DNA of 64,000 nucleotides from Takakia lepidozioides. Its lineage: Eukaryota; Plantae; Bryophyta. Under the pieces are notes generated by a model. That model worked only from the letters and a program-made list of their open reading frames with translations. It was not told the DNA's origin and made no database searches. Within the stretch, counting starts at the first letter, position 1; each line of letters begins with the position of its first letter. Positions 20,420 to 34,190 of the stretch are shown here, one piece after another. The DNA lies in contig CM060731.1 of NCBI GenBank assembly GCA_030704615.1, positions 74,710,001 through 74,774,000 on the forward strand, in the 5' to 3' direction. The position numbers were made by a program, and so were the translations under genes.

Positions 20420-22760
20420 CGCATCCTTCAAGGCCTGAAATGCTAACTCCTCTTCTGTACCCCACTTCCATCTAATTCCTTTGCCCAAAAGATTTGTCAA
20501 TGGTTGGGCAATCTTTGAGAATGCTTGTACAAATCGTCTGTAGAATCCGGTAAGGCCAAGAAAACTCCTTAATTGGGTAATGTCTTCAGGGGCTATCCAC
20601 TGCTGAATAGCTTCTATTTTCTCATTCATTACCTCAATTCCTTTTCTACTCACGCGATGCCCAAGATAATCTACTTCTTGTTTTCCAAACTCACATTTAG
20701 ATGCTTTGGCATATAGCTGATTTTCATGGAGAACTTGTAATACTTGTTTGAGGTGGTTTCTATGCTTGACAAGGCTGTTATTATAGATCAAAATATCATC
20801 TAAAAATACTATCACAAATCTATCTAAGAATGGGCGAAAGATATCATTCAAGAGGCCCATGAATGTGGCTGGGACATTGGTCTTATAAAGCCTTTTGATA
20901 GTAGGTCCTTGACTTGAGCCTTACATTCTTCCAACTCATTTGGTGCTAATCGATAAAGGACTTTACAAGAATGAGTACTATTTTGAACAACCTCAATCTT
21001 ATGATCTACTCTTCTCTTTGGCGGAAGCCGTGCTGGTAGGTCATCTGGAAAGACATCTTTGAACTATTTCAATACACTCTATAATTCTATAGGGACCTCA
21101 CTCATGTTTTTTTTTGGATTTTCCACGTCTATTATTAAACCTACAAATAATAAATCTTTCTTACATATAGCTGTAGTACCTATAACAAATGATGGTAGGT
21201 TCCGATATGGTGTCCTCATTCGATCTCCCCATATTTTCCAATTCTGGGTTTTGACTATCTTTCGACACCAATCAACATCAGGGTTGTGAGATTCCATCCA
21301 AGACATGCCTAATATTACATCATATCAAGCCAGTCTGACCACTTGTCATTCTAAGGTTTCTCTATATTTACCAATCGACAACTCTATGTTTTTAGGTAGT
21401 GTCTCAATAGCCTCTATATGTCCATTTGGCATTTCTACTTCCTCTCTTTCATCCTTTTCTAAGGGGAGTCCTAGTTTCAAGGCAGCCTTTCTAGATAAGA
21501 AGTTTTCTATTGCCCCAGGGTCTATCAACACTCTCACATGAATACTTTCCAAGATTCCATCTGCCACAATTAAGTGCGTCTCTTTCTTGCCTGCATGATT
21601 GATTTGCCTCTTTTCCTTGTAGGGCCCCTCACATTTCATCTTCTTTGTAGAACCAGTAAGACCGCGAGGTCTACTTACTGGTTGTCCTCGTTTTCCTGCT
21701 CATTGTGATGTTCGTTATCTTCTCCTCTCCTTAAACTGTTAAGAGGTCTTCGATAAGTTTGTCGATTGTACCTTCCACTTCGGCAGTTGGCTGCAAGATG
21801 TCCGTATTTTCCACAGTTGTAACATTGTCTAGTTTCCCTTTGTCCTTCTGTTCGTGAGAATGTTGAGGAGGTCACATCCTTGTCATTCAATTTCATTCGC
21901 CGCTGTGTGTTATCTTCCCTAGATCTCATTCCCGGCCTATTTCTTTGAGAGTATTGGAAGTTATCCCGTCTTCGAAGATTTCCAAGTTCCATAGGCGTTG
22001 GTCCGTATTGGTTCAATGGAACGTGTATACCTTCGTCGTATTTTGGTAGCGTCCCTTCAATCTTTTGGGCCAATAAAATTGCTTCGTGGACATCAACCGA
22101 TTAGCGTAAAATTACCTCTCCTTGAATTTTCTTCTTCAATCATCTTTTGAAGTTGTCTAAAGTTTCTGCATGACTCATGTCTTCGATTTGGACCTGAAGA
22201 TTAAAAAAATCTTCAATGTAATTTTGCACACTCCCGCGTTGTTCCAAATTCCATAATTTCATTCGAGCAGTTGTAACAACATCTACTGCCTTGAATTGTT
22301 GGAGCAGTCCCGCTTTCAAGGTGCTCCATAGTAAAGGTTCTCTTTTTGCAATCTGTCTTATTTCCTATGTCTGTAACCATGTTGAAGCATTGTCGAGTAG
22401 AAAAGATCGTATGAACATTCCGTGGTCCAAAACACTTGATGTAGGGAAATATGACAGATATACCTCCATTCGATAAATCCATCCTTCTAGCACTCCCATG
22501 ACGCGACTTCTTTTATACGACTCAACCTTGCATGTCTTGGTCATTTTTTGCAGTAACGTATCCGACCCATCAGCAACCAGTCCCGGGTGGTTGATTGTCT
22601 CACTTGTTTAAGCTCCTCCATCAATACGTTGTTTTGTTGTTGGGTCGTGACAAAAGCATTTTGCAATTCGTGTAAGCGTTCCATTATCCATACCGTCTGA
22701 TCATTAGCTTAATGAGTAGTGTGTGCGTTGTCCACCATTTCTTCATTGTCCGCCATCTTG
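20420..22760 (-). pseudogene. Degenerate gag-protease-RT of Ty3/Gypsy element C
   Basis: GPTPMELG and CYNCGKYGHLAANC (gag). VLIDPGAIENF (protease). FVIVFLDDILIY..KCEF..YLGH..LRSFLGLTGFYRRFV (RT). Interrupted by element B. Confidence 0.9.
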
Positions 22761-23380
22761 CTCCACTACTCATTTTTTCGTGGTGTTTGTCTTCTAAAAT
22801 TAATGTATACTATCTCTATTGTGTTATCCTAATACAGTATGTAAATAGTGCAATCCCAAACCATCTCGTACGTGACTATTGGTAATACAAAATGGACGTT
22901 TGAACTCATGATAAGGTTTATGAATTCTACCCCAAATTCTGCAACTAAAAATCTTACAAGATGATGTTTGTCGATGGTGCACACATTGATACTAAATACA
23001 TTTGGCGGTGAAAAATTAGGCGGAAAATGTCTACCTCGATCTTTGAGCTATGTATATATACATATGTATACCTTCCAATTTTTAATTATAAGAAAGACGA
23101 CAGGTCGTGGGTTTTGTAACATTTCTTGATATTATTATCTCCAAATCTCTATACTATCATATCTCTAATTTCTGCTTTACAACGACATATAATTTTAAAC
23201 TCACACTCCGAAGGAAAATCACGGAAATGGGATTGATTTAAGTCCATAAAATTTTTATACTATCGTTATGACGCACCATCACTACTATCTATTCAACACT
23301 TAAAAATATTAACAACAAAAATCTCCTAAAAAAAACATCTTAATCGAATCTTATTCACTTTCAACTTTAAGAAAGACTAG

Positions 23381-23829
23381 GCTCTGATATCATTGTAACA
23401 CCCAGGATCTACACAAACTAGAATAGAAGTACTTCTCAACTTTTTCCTAAAACAACTCGATGCCTTCTAGGCTTTCATTGCAGGTTTATATACCCTTCAC
23501 AATATGATTATTTTAAAGGTTTGACTTGAGAGCCTCAAGTCAAATCTTCCTAAAGTCAACCTTCTTAGGTTTGACATATTTTCCACAATACGACTTTATC
23601 AAAGATACTGCTAAAGTCAACCTTCCTAGGTTTGACATATTCTCTACAATATGACTTTATCAAAGATTTGACCTACTCTCCATAATATGAATATCTTAGA
23701 GTTTTGACTTGAGAGCCTCAAGTCAAACTTCCTTAAGTCAAACTTCTTAGGAACCTTTCTAATTATTCTGGAAACTTTTAGGGAACTTTCCTCCTCCATC
23801 TAGAACCTTCTAGATTCTACCTTGTTACA
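23381..23829 (-). mobile_element. PBS (23381-23392, tRNA-iMet type) and 5' LTR (23394-23829) of element C
   Basis: TGATATCAGAGC is one mismatch from TGGTATCAGAGC. The LTR has 7-bp inverted ends TGTAACA...TGTTACA and two internal copies of the hairpin TTTGACTTGAG-A-G-CCTCAAGTCAAA. Confidence 0.85.
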
Positions 23830-24100
23830 CATTTTCTCCAACGAGGTTGGCCTCATCCAAGCACAACGAAACACAATTGGGTGTACTTGTCCAATATAAT
23901 TCAGTTTCAAGATCTCTTTGATGACCCCAACGTACTCTAATGGTGACATGATTGGATTTCTATCATACACACTATTTCTACTCTCTTGGTGGAAGACGGA
24001 TGCAATTCGGAATCAAAAGAGACAATAAGACTTTACTTCCCTTTGCGCCCATTTGTAGCATTCAAAGCACGTCGAGATTCCACGACCAGCTTCAATGGAG
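23830..24100 (-). pseudogene. Remnant of CACTA/En-Spm transposase C-terminal (DUF4216-like) region
   Basis: Manual translation gives IASVFHQ..PLEYVGVIKEILKLNY..PIVFRCAW, matching the EY.G.I.EIL.L.Y...V.F.C.W pattern. Confidence 0.55.
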
Positions 24101-24683
24101 TGCGAACTTCGTCTAAACTCTTCATCACTTTGCGATATGGTTTACAGATGACTTATCTTCTTCAGAATATATGTCGGGTTCAATATCACTTTTGTTACAG
24201 GTTTTACTACTCTTCTTTGTACGATCTCTTTTCTTGGGTGTCTCCCCTAAAAACTTGGGCATACTCTTCTTCTTTGTCCTTTTCTATCGTCCAAGCGTAT
24301 CCAAAGACCGAGCACCATCACCCAAATAGACATGACTAACTCGAGCAATACTTTCAACTACCTCTTTCGAACCTCCAATTGGCTTCTTCTCAGATTCAGC
24401 CTCACTATCAGACATATCAGATTTATGGTCAGACCTCCTTCCATCTTTGCTGGAGCTAATGGTTGTACCATTAGGGTCTTCATCATCAGTCTTGGGCAGC
24501 ATATTTTTAATTGCGTCGTGAGAAGAACTGATCGACAGATAGCCAAGTATGGAGATAAATTGAGGATTCAAAACCCCTAATGGATGATCACCTCATAGGG
24601 CTATCTGAAGCCTTTGATGAACATTATAAAGTGGAAACTACTCTTGTCGAGCCGCGTCAAGGCCTTAGAGAACTAATGAAGCA

Positions 24684-25271
24684 ATGTCAAAGCATGAGAA
24701 AGATGAATTGGACTTGTCCATCCCAGGTGTGGAGAAGGAAATTACAGAGATAAAAGAGAAATTACAACTTTGTGATGATAACAAATTGAGCATGCAAAAG
24801 AAGGCAAAGGGTGGAGAGGGAGACTTGACAAGGTACACGAGTACTTTTCAATGTCTCCAAAAAGAACTCTTTGTCATTCAAGCCAAGATAAAGGAAGTTG
24901 AAAAGGGGAAGTCGACCATGGAGAAACAAGTCAACGCTATGCGAATCGGGCATGAAGTCTGCACGTGGCCACAACCAGTAGTCAACCCCCTTGAGCCTCC
25001 AACCAAGGCATACATGGTCATCAAGATCTGCCTTGTATGTAACAAATGGTTTGGTTGCAACAATTTTTTCGTTGTAAGTTGTGGGAATACATATCTCCCA
25101 TTTTGTATGACAATTCGTATTCAAGAATTTACTGTTTGCAAAACTGAACATTGTGGAAATTTCACCTGGATTGGTGGACTTCATTTGACTTCCGTCCAAT
25201 TCCTAAGGAATTGTAGGATAATCTCATATGTAGAAGGTGGATCTCAAACTCTAGGTGTGGAAGTCCAGTGA
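24684..25271 (+). pseudogene. Coiled-coil plus degenerate RING-like Zn finger ORF, probably TE-borne
   Basis: Heptad-rich N-half, then CLVC..VSCGNTYLPFC..C....C; the expected His residues are substituted. Intronless and in a TE context. Confidence 0.4.
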
Positions 25272-25394
25272 CTCTCAATGTATGTCATCTAACATCTTTG
25301 CTATGCGTGGGTCAATGCATTTGTCGCATTGGTTTGTCATTCTCTTTTCATTAGCAAACACAAGAAACTACCTTCAGATAGACAGATGATCAAA

Positions 25395-25630
25395 TCAACC
25401 TCGTCTCAACACGAGGTTTACTTGAAGTTCTCCAAATCCTCCTTGTGTTGACACAAGGATGATTTTAGTTCTCAGAAAACAACATCGTGTCAACACGAAG
25501 TTCATTTTTGTTCCAGGAAAACAACCTCGTGTTAACACGAGGTTTTGTTGAAGTTCTCCAAATCCCCCTTGTGTCGACACGAGGTTCATTTCAGTTCTAC
25601 GAAATGAAGCTCCTGTTAACAGAAGGTTGA
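25395..25630. repeat. ~39-bp degenerate tandem repeats containing AACCTCGT..ACACGAGGTT hairpins
   Basis: About six ACACGAGG-type units, also visible as the repeated LVLTRG/LVSTQG peptide in ORF 25395-25700. Confidence 0.7.
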
Positions 25631-26049
25631 ACTCCAGGAAAGCCCAAAACCCTTCATCCGTTTCACCTTCATGTGGTGAAATCAGCAGTTGGGGGCTCAA
25701 CGGTTATAGGCCCACCTTCTTTGTGGTGACGTGGCATGACCTGGACCAGGCTCACGCCACGTTAGCATCAGCGCCATGTCAGCAGCGTGAGCGTAGGCTC
25801 ACGCCACGTCATGATTGAGTGAGCGTACGCTCACACGCTCACGCGCCAGGCTCAGGCGGTAGCGTCGTTGCTCCTAGGGCAGCTGCTGAAACGTGAGGCA
25901 TTGCTGACAAAGTACGTGATGTCAAACTGCGTACCTAGGGATGCCCATTGAAGACAGCCAACACATTCTCGGTATGGATACTTGGCAATGGGCTCGGTGA
26001 TTGTGTCTTTGTCACCAAGCATGAGTTGTCATGCGCTGTGAGGGTCTGC

Positions 26050-26980
26050 TGGGACAGCTACTGGATTATAATGCTCCTGGCCAAAACGCTTAAGGACTCG
26101 CTCCAGATGTTCGTTCTCCACAACGTATCCCGACGACCTTGTTTTGTGATAATCAAGCAGCGATACGGTTGGTCATCAATCTTGTCTTCCATCAGAAAAC
26201 TAAGCACATCGATATGAAGTTCCACAAGACCCGTGACGCCCCACATGATGGTGATATCTCCATCACGTACATACCTACAGCGGATCAGATCGTAGATTTG
26301 CTGACCAAGTTGCTACCCCGAGATCGTTGTGTTCGACTTCGCTACTTAGGAGGAATGACAATTCCCCTTCACTCCCAGTAACGCACGGTGTTGAAGTGGA
26401 AGACGTGTTAAGTCAACACAGTGCTGAGTGGGAGTATTGGATATGTCCACTTCAGCATTTAGTGGAAGGCCAAGTCAGCACATTGTGAAGACTTAACACG
26501 TAACTGTACACTGAGGGATCGGGGGTTACTGCAGGGTTAGCTAGTGCATGTAGCATGTAATCTGCATGGCAGCCTCTCCTGGGCGGAAGAGTAGAGTCAA
26601 GGTTCAGACAATCCTTCAGGACTGTTTTCTTCTTGTTCTTGAGAGTAAGTAGTGCGTCATGTGTGAAGGACTGAGGTTTGCCTGAGCTAGGGTTTAGTAA
26701 GAAGTTAAGTGTATGCTCTGGTACCAAGCCTTTGGTACACAGCATGTAAGTGACTACTTGTTTAATATATTATGATTGTCTGTCAAACAAGTGTGTGGAG
26801 TCAGCTTGTAAGAGTTGTGATATGTTAGTACCCTAGGTACTATAGCTGTATTGGTACTTCTAATAGTTTAACCTTGAAAACTTTTCCATCGAGAAACCTC
26901 CTTTGGGGGCCTCTTAGGGAACCTCCTAGTAGCTAGTATATATAGGAGGCGAGACTGGACACTCTTCAGTCTCGCCAACA
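26050..26980 (+). mobile_element. Ty1/Copia 3' remnant: RNase H end (26139-26381), PPT and 3' LTR (~26435-26980)
   Basis: CDNQAAI..FHQKTKHID..YIPTADQIVDLLTK. PPT GAGTGGGAG, then TATTGG (decayed TGTTG) ... CCAACA. Confidence 0.8.
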
Positions 26981-28012
26981 CCAATTTTACTCTTGTTTCT
27001 AACCCAGTTTCCACTATCTGGTACTCCAGTCCAGTTTCCAGCATTCCAGGCCGTACTGGCGGGGCTCATAGGTGCAATCGAGTCCCAATTATTAAAAAAT
27101 TAGAGGTGTATACAGACTCCGGAAAATAACCTCTCTCACACAGCGAGAGCATTCCTACCAATGAACTGGCACATCATGAAAATTAACCTTATTATTTTTT
27201 TAAAGGGCAGATTGGTTCTCCTTTACAACCAATTTAAAACAACGGATTGATGAGTAAAATTAGGTGTTCCCAATGGAGTGACGTCGGGTTGATGAAGTCT
27301 GCTGTCGCCTTTGGAGAGTCGAGCATTCGGTGGATGTGATTAGAGAGCATGCCAATGTACAAGCGCTACAATCCCGCTTTCTAGGCACCCCTTGCCCCCT
27401 CTGTGATGGACTTTCAACATCACACCCTGAGTTGCCCTGCATCGAAACCTCTAGCGTGATGTCTGACCACTCTGCTGTTGGTGGCTCTATGCCCCAGCCC
27501 AATATATGAAGCATGAAGTCAAACACTGGGAACCGACGGAAAAGCTCCATTTTGCAGCTATAGTAACTCGGCCATCAAAGTACAGACGACTATATAGAAT
27601 GTAAGCATGAACTTGCCACGATTTACAAGTATCAGCGTCTTGACTGTCTAAAAGTGTAAGAATTGCCCATTCCAACACATGAAAAAATCAATCACTGCAA
27701 ACTTGTGGAAATCCTTTTTTCTTTAAGATTTAAATTATAGCCTCTCACTGGAGATTAAGACATCCTCCTGAGTACCAAATTGATATGGCTCTCATATGGC
27801 TGCATGCAACCTATTGTCATAGATTATATCTAGTTCTAGGAAAAATTGTTCCGGCACTACTATAATCATACTTATGCGTCAATGCGCTGAGAATGAATAG
27901 CAAAACTATTGAGACATTATATGCCCCGAAAACTCGCTACAAATTAGTGAGCGTCGTTCAATGGACCGACTAATGGTGGGGAGGAGCTGACAAACTCACG
28001 AACTCCTGCTTT

Positions 28013-29737
28013 CTAGTCAGAATAATTCGAGAGAGCAAAGCCAGGCTTGCATGCAACAGCGTCCGGAATTGCCACAACATCCACATGTGGTGCTACCACT
28101 GGGGCGGTTAAATGTCTGGGGAGCTCTGGGATGCCTTCAAGGTGGAATGTGTAGAAGAATTTGAAGGGGGTGAGGTTGTGAAGACGGACCACGCCCTTGG
28201 CGTCTTTGAAAAACCCTACGCCCCCTGTGACTGTCATCAGCGTATCCTGGAAGTTTATGAAGGGACCCTGCGTGCACCACATGTATGAACAACGTTTAAA
28301 CCATGGATCAGGTCACTGGACGTTGAACAAACTTTAAATAACATCAACTTCAGCTTACATACTATAGTTTACCATTTGATCCCCACAAATTTAGTGTTAG
28401 ATACACTCTGCAGTAGCCCTCAACAATTGACTGCTGTACATGTTAGGATGCAGTAACTACTGTCCAGTTTGGCGGTCGACTGATACCTCGGCATACCCCA
28501 TTGAGACCCCAATATGGACAATTGATGCTATTTTAGATCAGTTTGTGCACAACTAAATTTGAGATATTAAAATATATCTCTTCACTCATCGTCAACATAT
28601 AAACTTTCTAAGAACACAGAACACTGCATACAGATCCAGATAGACTACCAGAAGAGAGATTTGTCCAAGATCTCCAAAGTAAAATGTTATGAAGGTCTCG
28701 TAACGATCTGGGGTGAAGAAAATTTGCTTCTTGTGCTCGGTTGTGCCTTTCCCAGGATAGTTCCTGCAGAGGAGACAGATGCCCGTGGTGATGCCCAACC
28801 TCAATCTTAACGACCCATCGTACAACTGCATCACCCACGATGAATGTTAATCAATTTGCCGTCAGGGACTGCTCCTGAAACGCTCTTAACCTCCATAAGA
28901 TTTCCTGAGATGTATGTCTCACTCGCGTAGCTCTAAAGCTCACATGTGTATACTACGAAGTGGAACACTCAAACACCGGCTTACCTTATTGGTAAAGGGC
29001 ACCATATCTCCAAGAGCGTGCACATGCTCGTTAGTAACTGGATCTGTCCGGTTGACTGTTTGGGTACTGAAGGGCAGAAAAGCGGGACTGTCACGGTCAT
29101 GTTCATTGAGCTCGTACACACTGAATGTCTGTCTCCCCGCTGCAATATCCCCAGAGACAGTTAGTATGATATATTTGTAATTGTACACTCAACAGCTTGT
29201 ACTATGGGAAAAGCTGTTACCTTGCATTTGTTTAACTGCTTACTTGAGTTTCTTATTTAACGTAAATCAGACGGCTGAAAGCGAACACATAGAGCCAGAT
29301 ATAGTTACTTAGGAATTGAAATGGATCTGAGGGACTCCTGGTCTAGAAGGAAACTAACCCAGCTTCGGTACCGAGTCCCATAGAAAAAGCCTGTCGCATA
29401 GTTCGGTGACCGATTCTTCCGATGTGCTAGGCGTTGGAGATTCTTTCTGCCACTTCTGTAGTAAAAGCTCTGATGGGTTGGAATTCCGCCACTCTCGCTC
29501 TCCGTTTTTAGTCGGATCCACATTCTGCAACCCACTAGAACCTCTCTTTCCACGAAAAGAAGGTCCTTGGACACCGAAAACTTCGGAGCGGATGCAAGAT
29601 GGGAAACGTTGTCTCCCAATCCGTCGGACCCTCAAAGCGGCTGTTGTATTTCTTGCCAAAGTATCACATGTATTATCATACGAGTGTAGCACTCCTGCAA
29701 CCATACCGTTGGTGTATTGGATGCTCATGAAGGCCAT
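28013..29737 (-). CDS. AOC: Allene oxide cyclase with long N-terminal putative transit peptide; exons 29737-29359, 29139-28985, 28825-28649, 28267-28013 (321 aa)
   Basis: VYELNEHDRDSPAFL, LGDMVPFTNKLYDGSL..RLGITTGIC, DRYE..FYFGD.G.IS, VTGG.G.F..AKG.VRL..FYTFHLEGIPELP. GT-AG introns splice in frame (966 nt). Confidence 0.93.
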
Positions 29738-31279
29738 TGCAGCAGCCCCAATCGTACACAGCTCCAGATCGAGAGGAAAGCTCCGGAAGAGAAAAGGCTA
29801 GTTTAATTAATGATCGGTTGTCAAAGATTTGAAGTATGCACAATTCAAAAGTCGATGTGAGAGTTGTGGAGTTGATTTGTGTCACTCGTCAATTTATAGG
29901 AAACGGGAAAGAGTGCTGCAAAGGTATGTCAGTACACGAGGAACATCCTTCGGTCGCTCGGTTCGTTAGGAGCTTCTTACCTGCGTGTGGAGGGCGTACA
30001 CCAATTGCCCCACCCCGTGCGCTTTAGTCGCTGCACAAGCTTCACTAGTCAACCCTAATTCCTTTTCCTTTTCTTTCATTTCCTTTTTTATTGGCTCTCT
30101 TGTTTGATGTTGGGTTTGCCTAAACAAAAAAGTGAGGCCATATTTCATCGAAGAAGGATTCGGCCCTTCAAGGTTGACGGAAGGTCGCAACGTCGCAACC
30201 AACACACGCGTCTACAGTGGAGTTGAAGGCATCGGGAGATGGGCTATCCTGTACTGTAGCAGGTATCGTCAGCAAGCCTTCGAGGATGACAAGCGCACCT
30301 AGTGGCCATCTCCTCGTGCGCATTGTCTACACAGTTGGGGTGCACACATGTGATGTATTTCGAGCACATGCACAGCTACTCTATATTGTTAGCCCTTTCT
30401 GTGAGCCCTCACAAGGTAACTCTTCTTGTGACCAAGAGTGCAGAATATGGCGAAGGTTGTGTTGTTATTCTGCAAAGAGAGAGCAGAGGCCCAGAGTAAA
30501 AGAGGAGTAAGAGTGTCTAGATTGACCTGTAGAGCGAGTCAATCAATTGACTAACAGCTAGTGTATACTGAGAAATTACTTAGTTCGTGAGATTTTGAGT
30601 GACTTTCTGAGCATGGTCTGACCATCTCGTATTGTGTACAGCGATTTGTTTGTTGGGGTGGAGTGAGGCCCGAAGAAGCTGCTTGGATGCTGCCCCGTAA
30701 ATTACTGATCATACCGCCATGCTAGTGCTGGCGCTGTCTGCAGGCCTCCTGACAGGGGAGTGTGTCCAATGCAGTCCATATGTTAGTACGTGACCTCTTT
30801 CAGAGCTCTTTCAAAGGAAACCTGCCCAGAGGTTCTGCCCAATTGCCTCAGCTTCGCTTGCCCGACACTAATCTGTGGCGTAGCTTGCTCCAGGCACTCG
30901 GGAGTGGCGGCCCCTGCACATCTACGACTCCTGCGCTTCAGGTTGGACGACTGGACTAGGAAATTCCTATGCGCTGGAGTCATAATTTGAATCCCAATCT
31001 GCCCAAAGCCTTACTGCTGATGTCATCTCATTTTGAAATGCATTGCCAGCCTCTGAATTGCCACCTTTTTCTTGAGCCCATGTATGACATTTAAGGATTA
31101 ATATCTTAACTCAAGAATAATTCTGTAGGCCTCATGGCAGCCTTTTCTTTTCTTTTTCTTTTGGCAGCCTTCGGGCTTGTAAGGTTTAATTTTTCCCTTC
31201 AAATAATTCCTTAATAAAATACAATTTTGTACCCTTTTTATCTAAAAGCGACAAAAAGCTAGTGAAGCAAGCAAGCCAG

Positions 31280-31503
31280 CCGAAAGCTACCAAGTGTGGG
31301 GATCTATTCCGGATTGCCTAACAACCCATAGTGAACTGAAAAGCGACTAAGTGTCGGGATCTATTCCGGACTACCTACAACCCCTAGTGAACCGAAAAGC
31401 GACTAAGTGTCGGGATCTATTCCGGACTGCCTACAACCCATAGTGAACCGAAAAGCGACCAAGTGTCGGGATCTATTCCGGACTGCCTACGACCCATAGT
31501 GAA
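31280..31503. repeat. ~56-bp tandem repeat, 4 copies
   Basis: CCGAAAAGCGACTAAGTGTCGGGATCTATTCCGGACTGCCTACAACCCATAGTGAA-like units near 31280, 31336, 31392 and 31447. Confidence 0.9.
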
Positions 31504-31964
31504 CCTCGGGAGTTGCTATTCTATCACATCTCACTCATCAATTTAACATCCAGTTATTTTATTTTCCATTTGTTTTTCTTGAAAATAAACAGGGGACAGT
31601 GGCCTTGAGAGAAACTTAATTTATTTTTTTTGGAAAAGAGACAACTTGCCCAATTTTTTATTTTTTTTGTGGCTACACTTATTAGAATTTAATTCGATCC
31701 CATTTCCATGGTCTTGGTCAAGGTGACATGTAACGACCCACAGTTGGTGGTGGTGGGCGCAATGTGAGACACGTTTTACCCACCCCCAAAGGAGAGCGAC
31801 TAGTTGGGTTGGTGTCGTCTCTTTCTGTGCAAATCCGCCTCAACACACTCCACCAAACCAGTCTGTTGAGCTATATTTTTGTACGAGGGACATTTCAGAG
31901 ACTGAGACATGCGTGAGGAGGATTAGCCTGCATTGTATTCGATTTAGGTTGCAGGTCTATCTCA

Positions 31965-34190
31965 TTAGATCTTTGAACACTTGACAAGCATCTCCAACGC
32001 TTCTGGACACACTTGGCATATAACTGCATGTAAGCCAAAGATGTTGGGCTTAAGCTTGATTTCACTCTCTAGAGATAATGACGTGGGCGTGCGTCCTGCT
32101 GCTAGGTCTTTCATTTGGATGCACTCGGCCTGCAGCAAGAGAGAGAATCTTGACCAGTTGAGGGTCTTTTGACTCCAGCTGCTCATAATATAATTGGAAT
32201 CTGCCAAAGTGCCTTGTTTGTTCAAAATACGCAGCGTCGAGCTTGACATAGTTGTCCTGCCTTATATAGTGCACTCGAATCCCCCCAAGTGCTGTCCGGA
32301 AGAGTTGCTGATTCCATCGAGCTTGGTTTTCTTTTGAAAGCAGAAGTGATGGTGCAGGAGGTGCCCGTATTGATTTACCATCATTCAAACAGTATAATTC
32401 CTCCTCAATCAAATTTGAAATTAGACTCAAGGTCCAAGAAATATTGATCAGCAAGCTCTCTAGCTACATGATGACCTTTAGGCTCTTTCCTACGTTTTAA
32501 CAGCGTTACAAAGTCATCTACTCTGAGTTCACTTTGAGACTAAACTTTACGAATTCATTCTATCTGTTTGATTTCTGATCCTTCAATCATGTGTAAATTT
32601 CTTTCTTCAGGCTGAGCCATGGTGAACATTGACGTTAGAACTATCAGCAGATTGTGGTCAACCTCTTATCGTGGCTGATAGCTCACTTTCACCCAACGAG
32701 GATTCAACCAATTGGTTGCAACCATCAATCCGAAGGACCTCCTTTGTGTGCTTATGTCTGAAATCTGGTGATCTTTGACTTTTCTATGAAAAAATACCAG
32801 TGGCCAGCTGAGCAGCCATAGCTTCAACCACAGTCTTGAACTGACCCTGAGGCTACAACCACCAAAGCTCTCACCATCTCTCAATGAGAAGGAACAACAT
32901 ACTTTCCTGCTTTGCTAACAAAGAATAACAAGCTATTGATGGGTATGTACAGTTACATCCTTACGTTGAAGACCAAAAATTTTAATGTTGCTAGTTTTCA
33001 GAACTTCGAATACAATCCTGGACCAATCGACTAATCGTATGATACACTTGTAAGTCCTCCTTGAGTCGAAATGATGATAGCCTGAGTCGAAACTGTGAAG
33101 GGTCTGAGAGGAACTCATGCCAGAGCCGTTCAATGCTTATTGCTTGAATGAGATCTTTGCCATCTTCTTAGTCTCGCTTCATATTGAGCAGTAGTATTGC
33201 TTCAGCATAGATCTTCCGTAGATCCCACATAAACTGGGTCATTAAGAGGGTTCTATTGTCCAGAGGCTTTCCGACGATTTGGAGTACCTCTCTCTCCCAG
33301 TAATAGATTTATTTCTTCCTTTCTTCTTTCTCTCTCCGCGGATATAAAAGATGGGTCAATGGCCACAAGGCCACGGCAAACAACGTCTTCTGAGTTCATT
33401 CTCTTCGCGGACGTAAAACATATCATTCGGACGTTTCATTTCTTAGTTCTTGTGTCTCTCTCCGCCTTTCTTAGTCAGCTTCGCGGATTTCTTGCATGAG
33501 GCGCCGTGAAGGGAGAAGGGTATAGTGTACTCTAGCATGATATCTATGCATTGGCTGACATCTACTACGCCTCAGTACAGACGTTCACCGGAAAATGTTT
33601 ATAACGAATTTATAAATCTCTGCGTGCCCTTTATCCATCCCTCGGCCATTGTAGCTCGAAGGGGACCACGCCAGTGTGTGTCGTAGCTGTCCTCGCCTCT
33701 ACGTGATGCATCTCCCGGCCTTCCAACGGGATATAGTGGGCTATGCGCCAGCCCATTACCCATGCTTCTCACAAGCATTATGTGTCTACACCTTTCTGCT
33801 TCATACCCATCATGGCTCTTGGACCAACGAGTTTGGACACCCATTTCAGCTCCACATCCTGGCCGCTTAATCTGCTCCATGATGCGGGACTTCCGCAAGT
33901 TCACCGTAAGGACGAGGAAGCACTGCACTGCATATGGCCTCGTCCTGCGCGCTTAGCAGAGCTGCGCAGCGTGGTGCCATCCCTGTTCCTGTGACAGCCG
34001 AAGAAACAAAGCGAAGTGGGCTGGGATGGGTGCCCAAACAGTTTCTTCCATCGATACTTAGGATCACTTTCAGTCTGTGCCATGATCCATAACACCTCAT
34101 TCCTCGCATAAACGCCTTCGGTATACACAAGATCAGAATGGAAAGACGTCCGCTTGCCTCCCAACCAAATTCAGTGGCAAAGGAAGCCAC
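31965..34190 (-). pseudogene. Highly decayed LINE (non-LTR) ORF2 remnant
   Basis: Weak motifs in the expected order: LWIMA..KYRW and HPSPLRF (like CPLSPLLF), then GG..L..LWLKLW, then CQVC..E. Many stops. Confidence 0.35.

Noticed and set aside
30000-31010. Possible solo LTR or LINE fragment between AOC and kinesin
   Set aside because: No clear termini, TSD or convincing protein motif found by eye.
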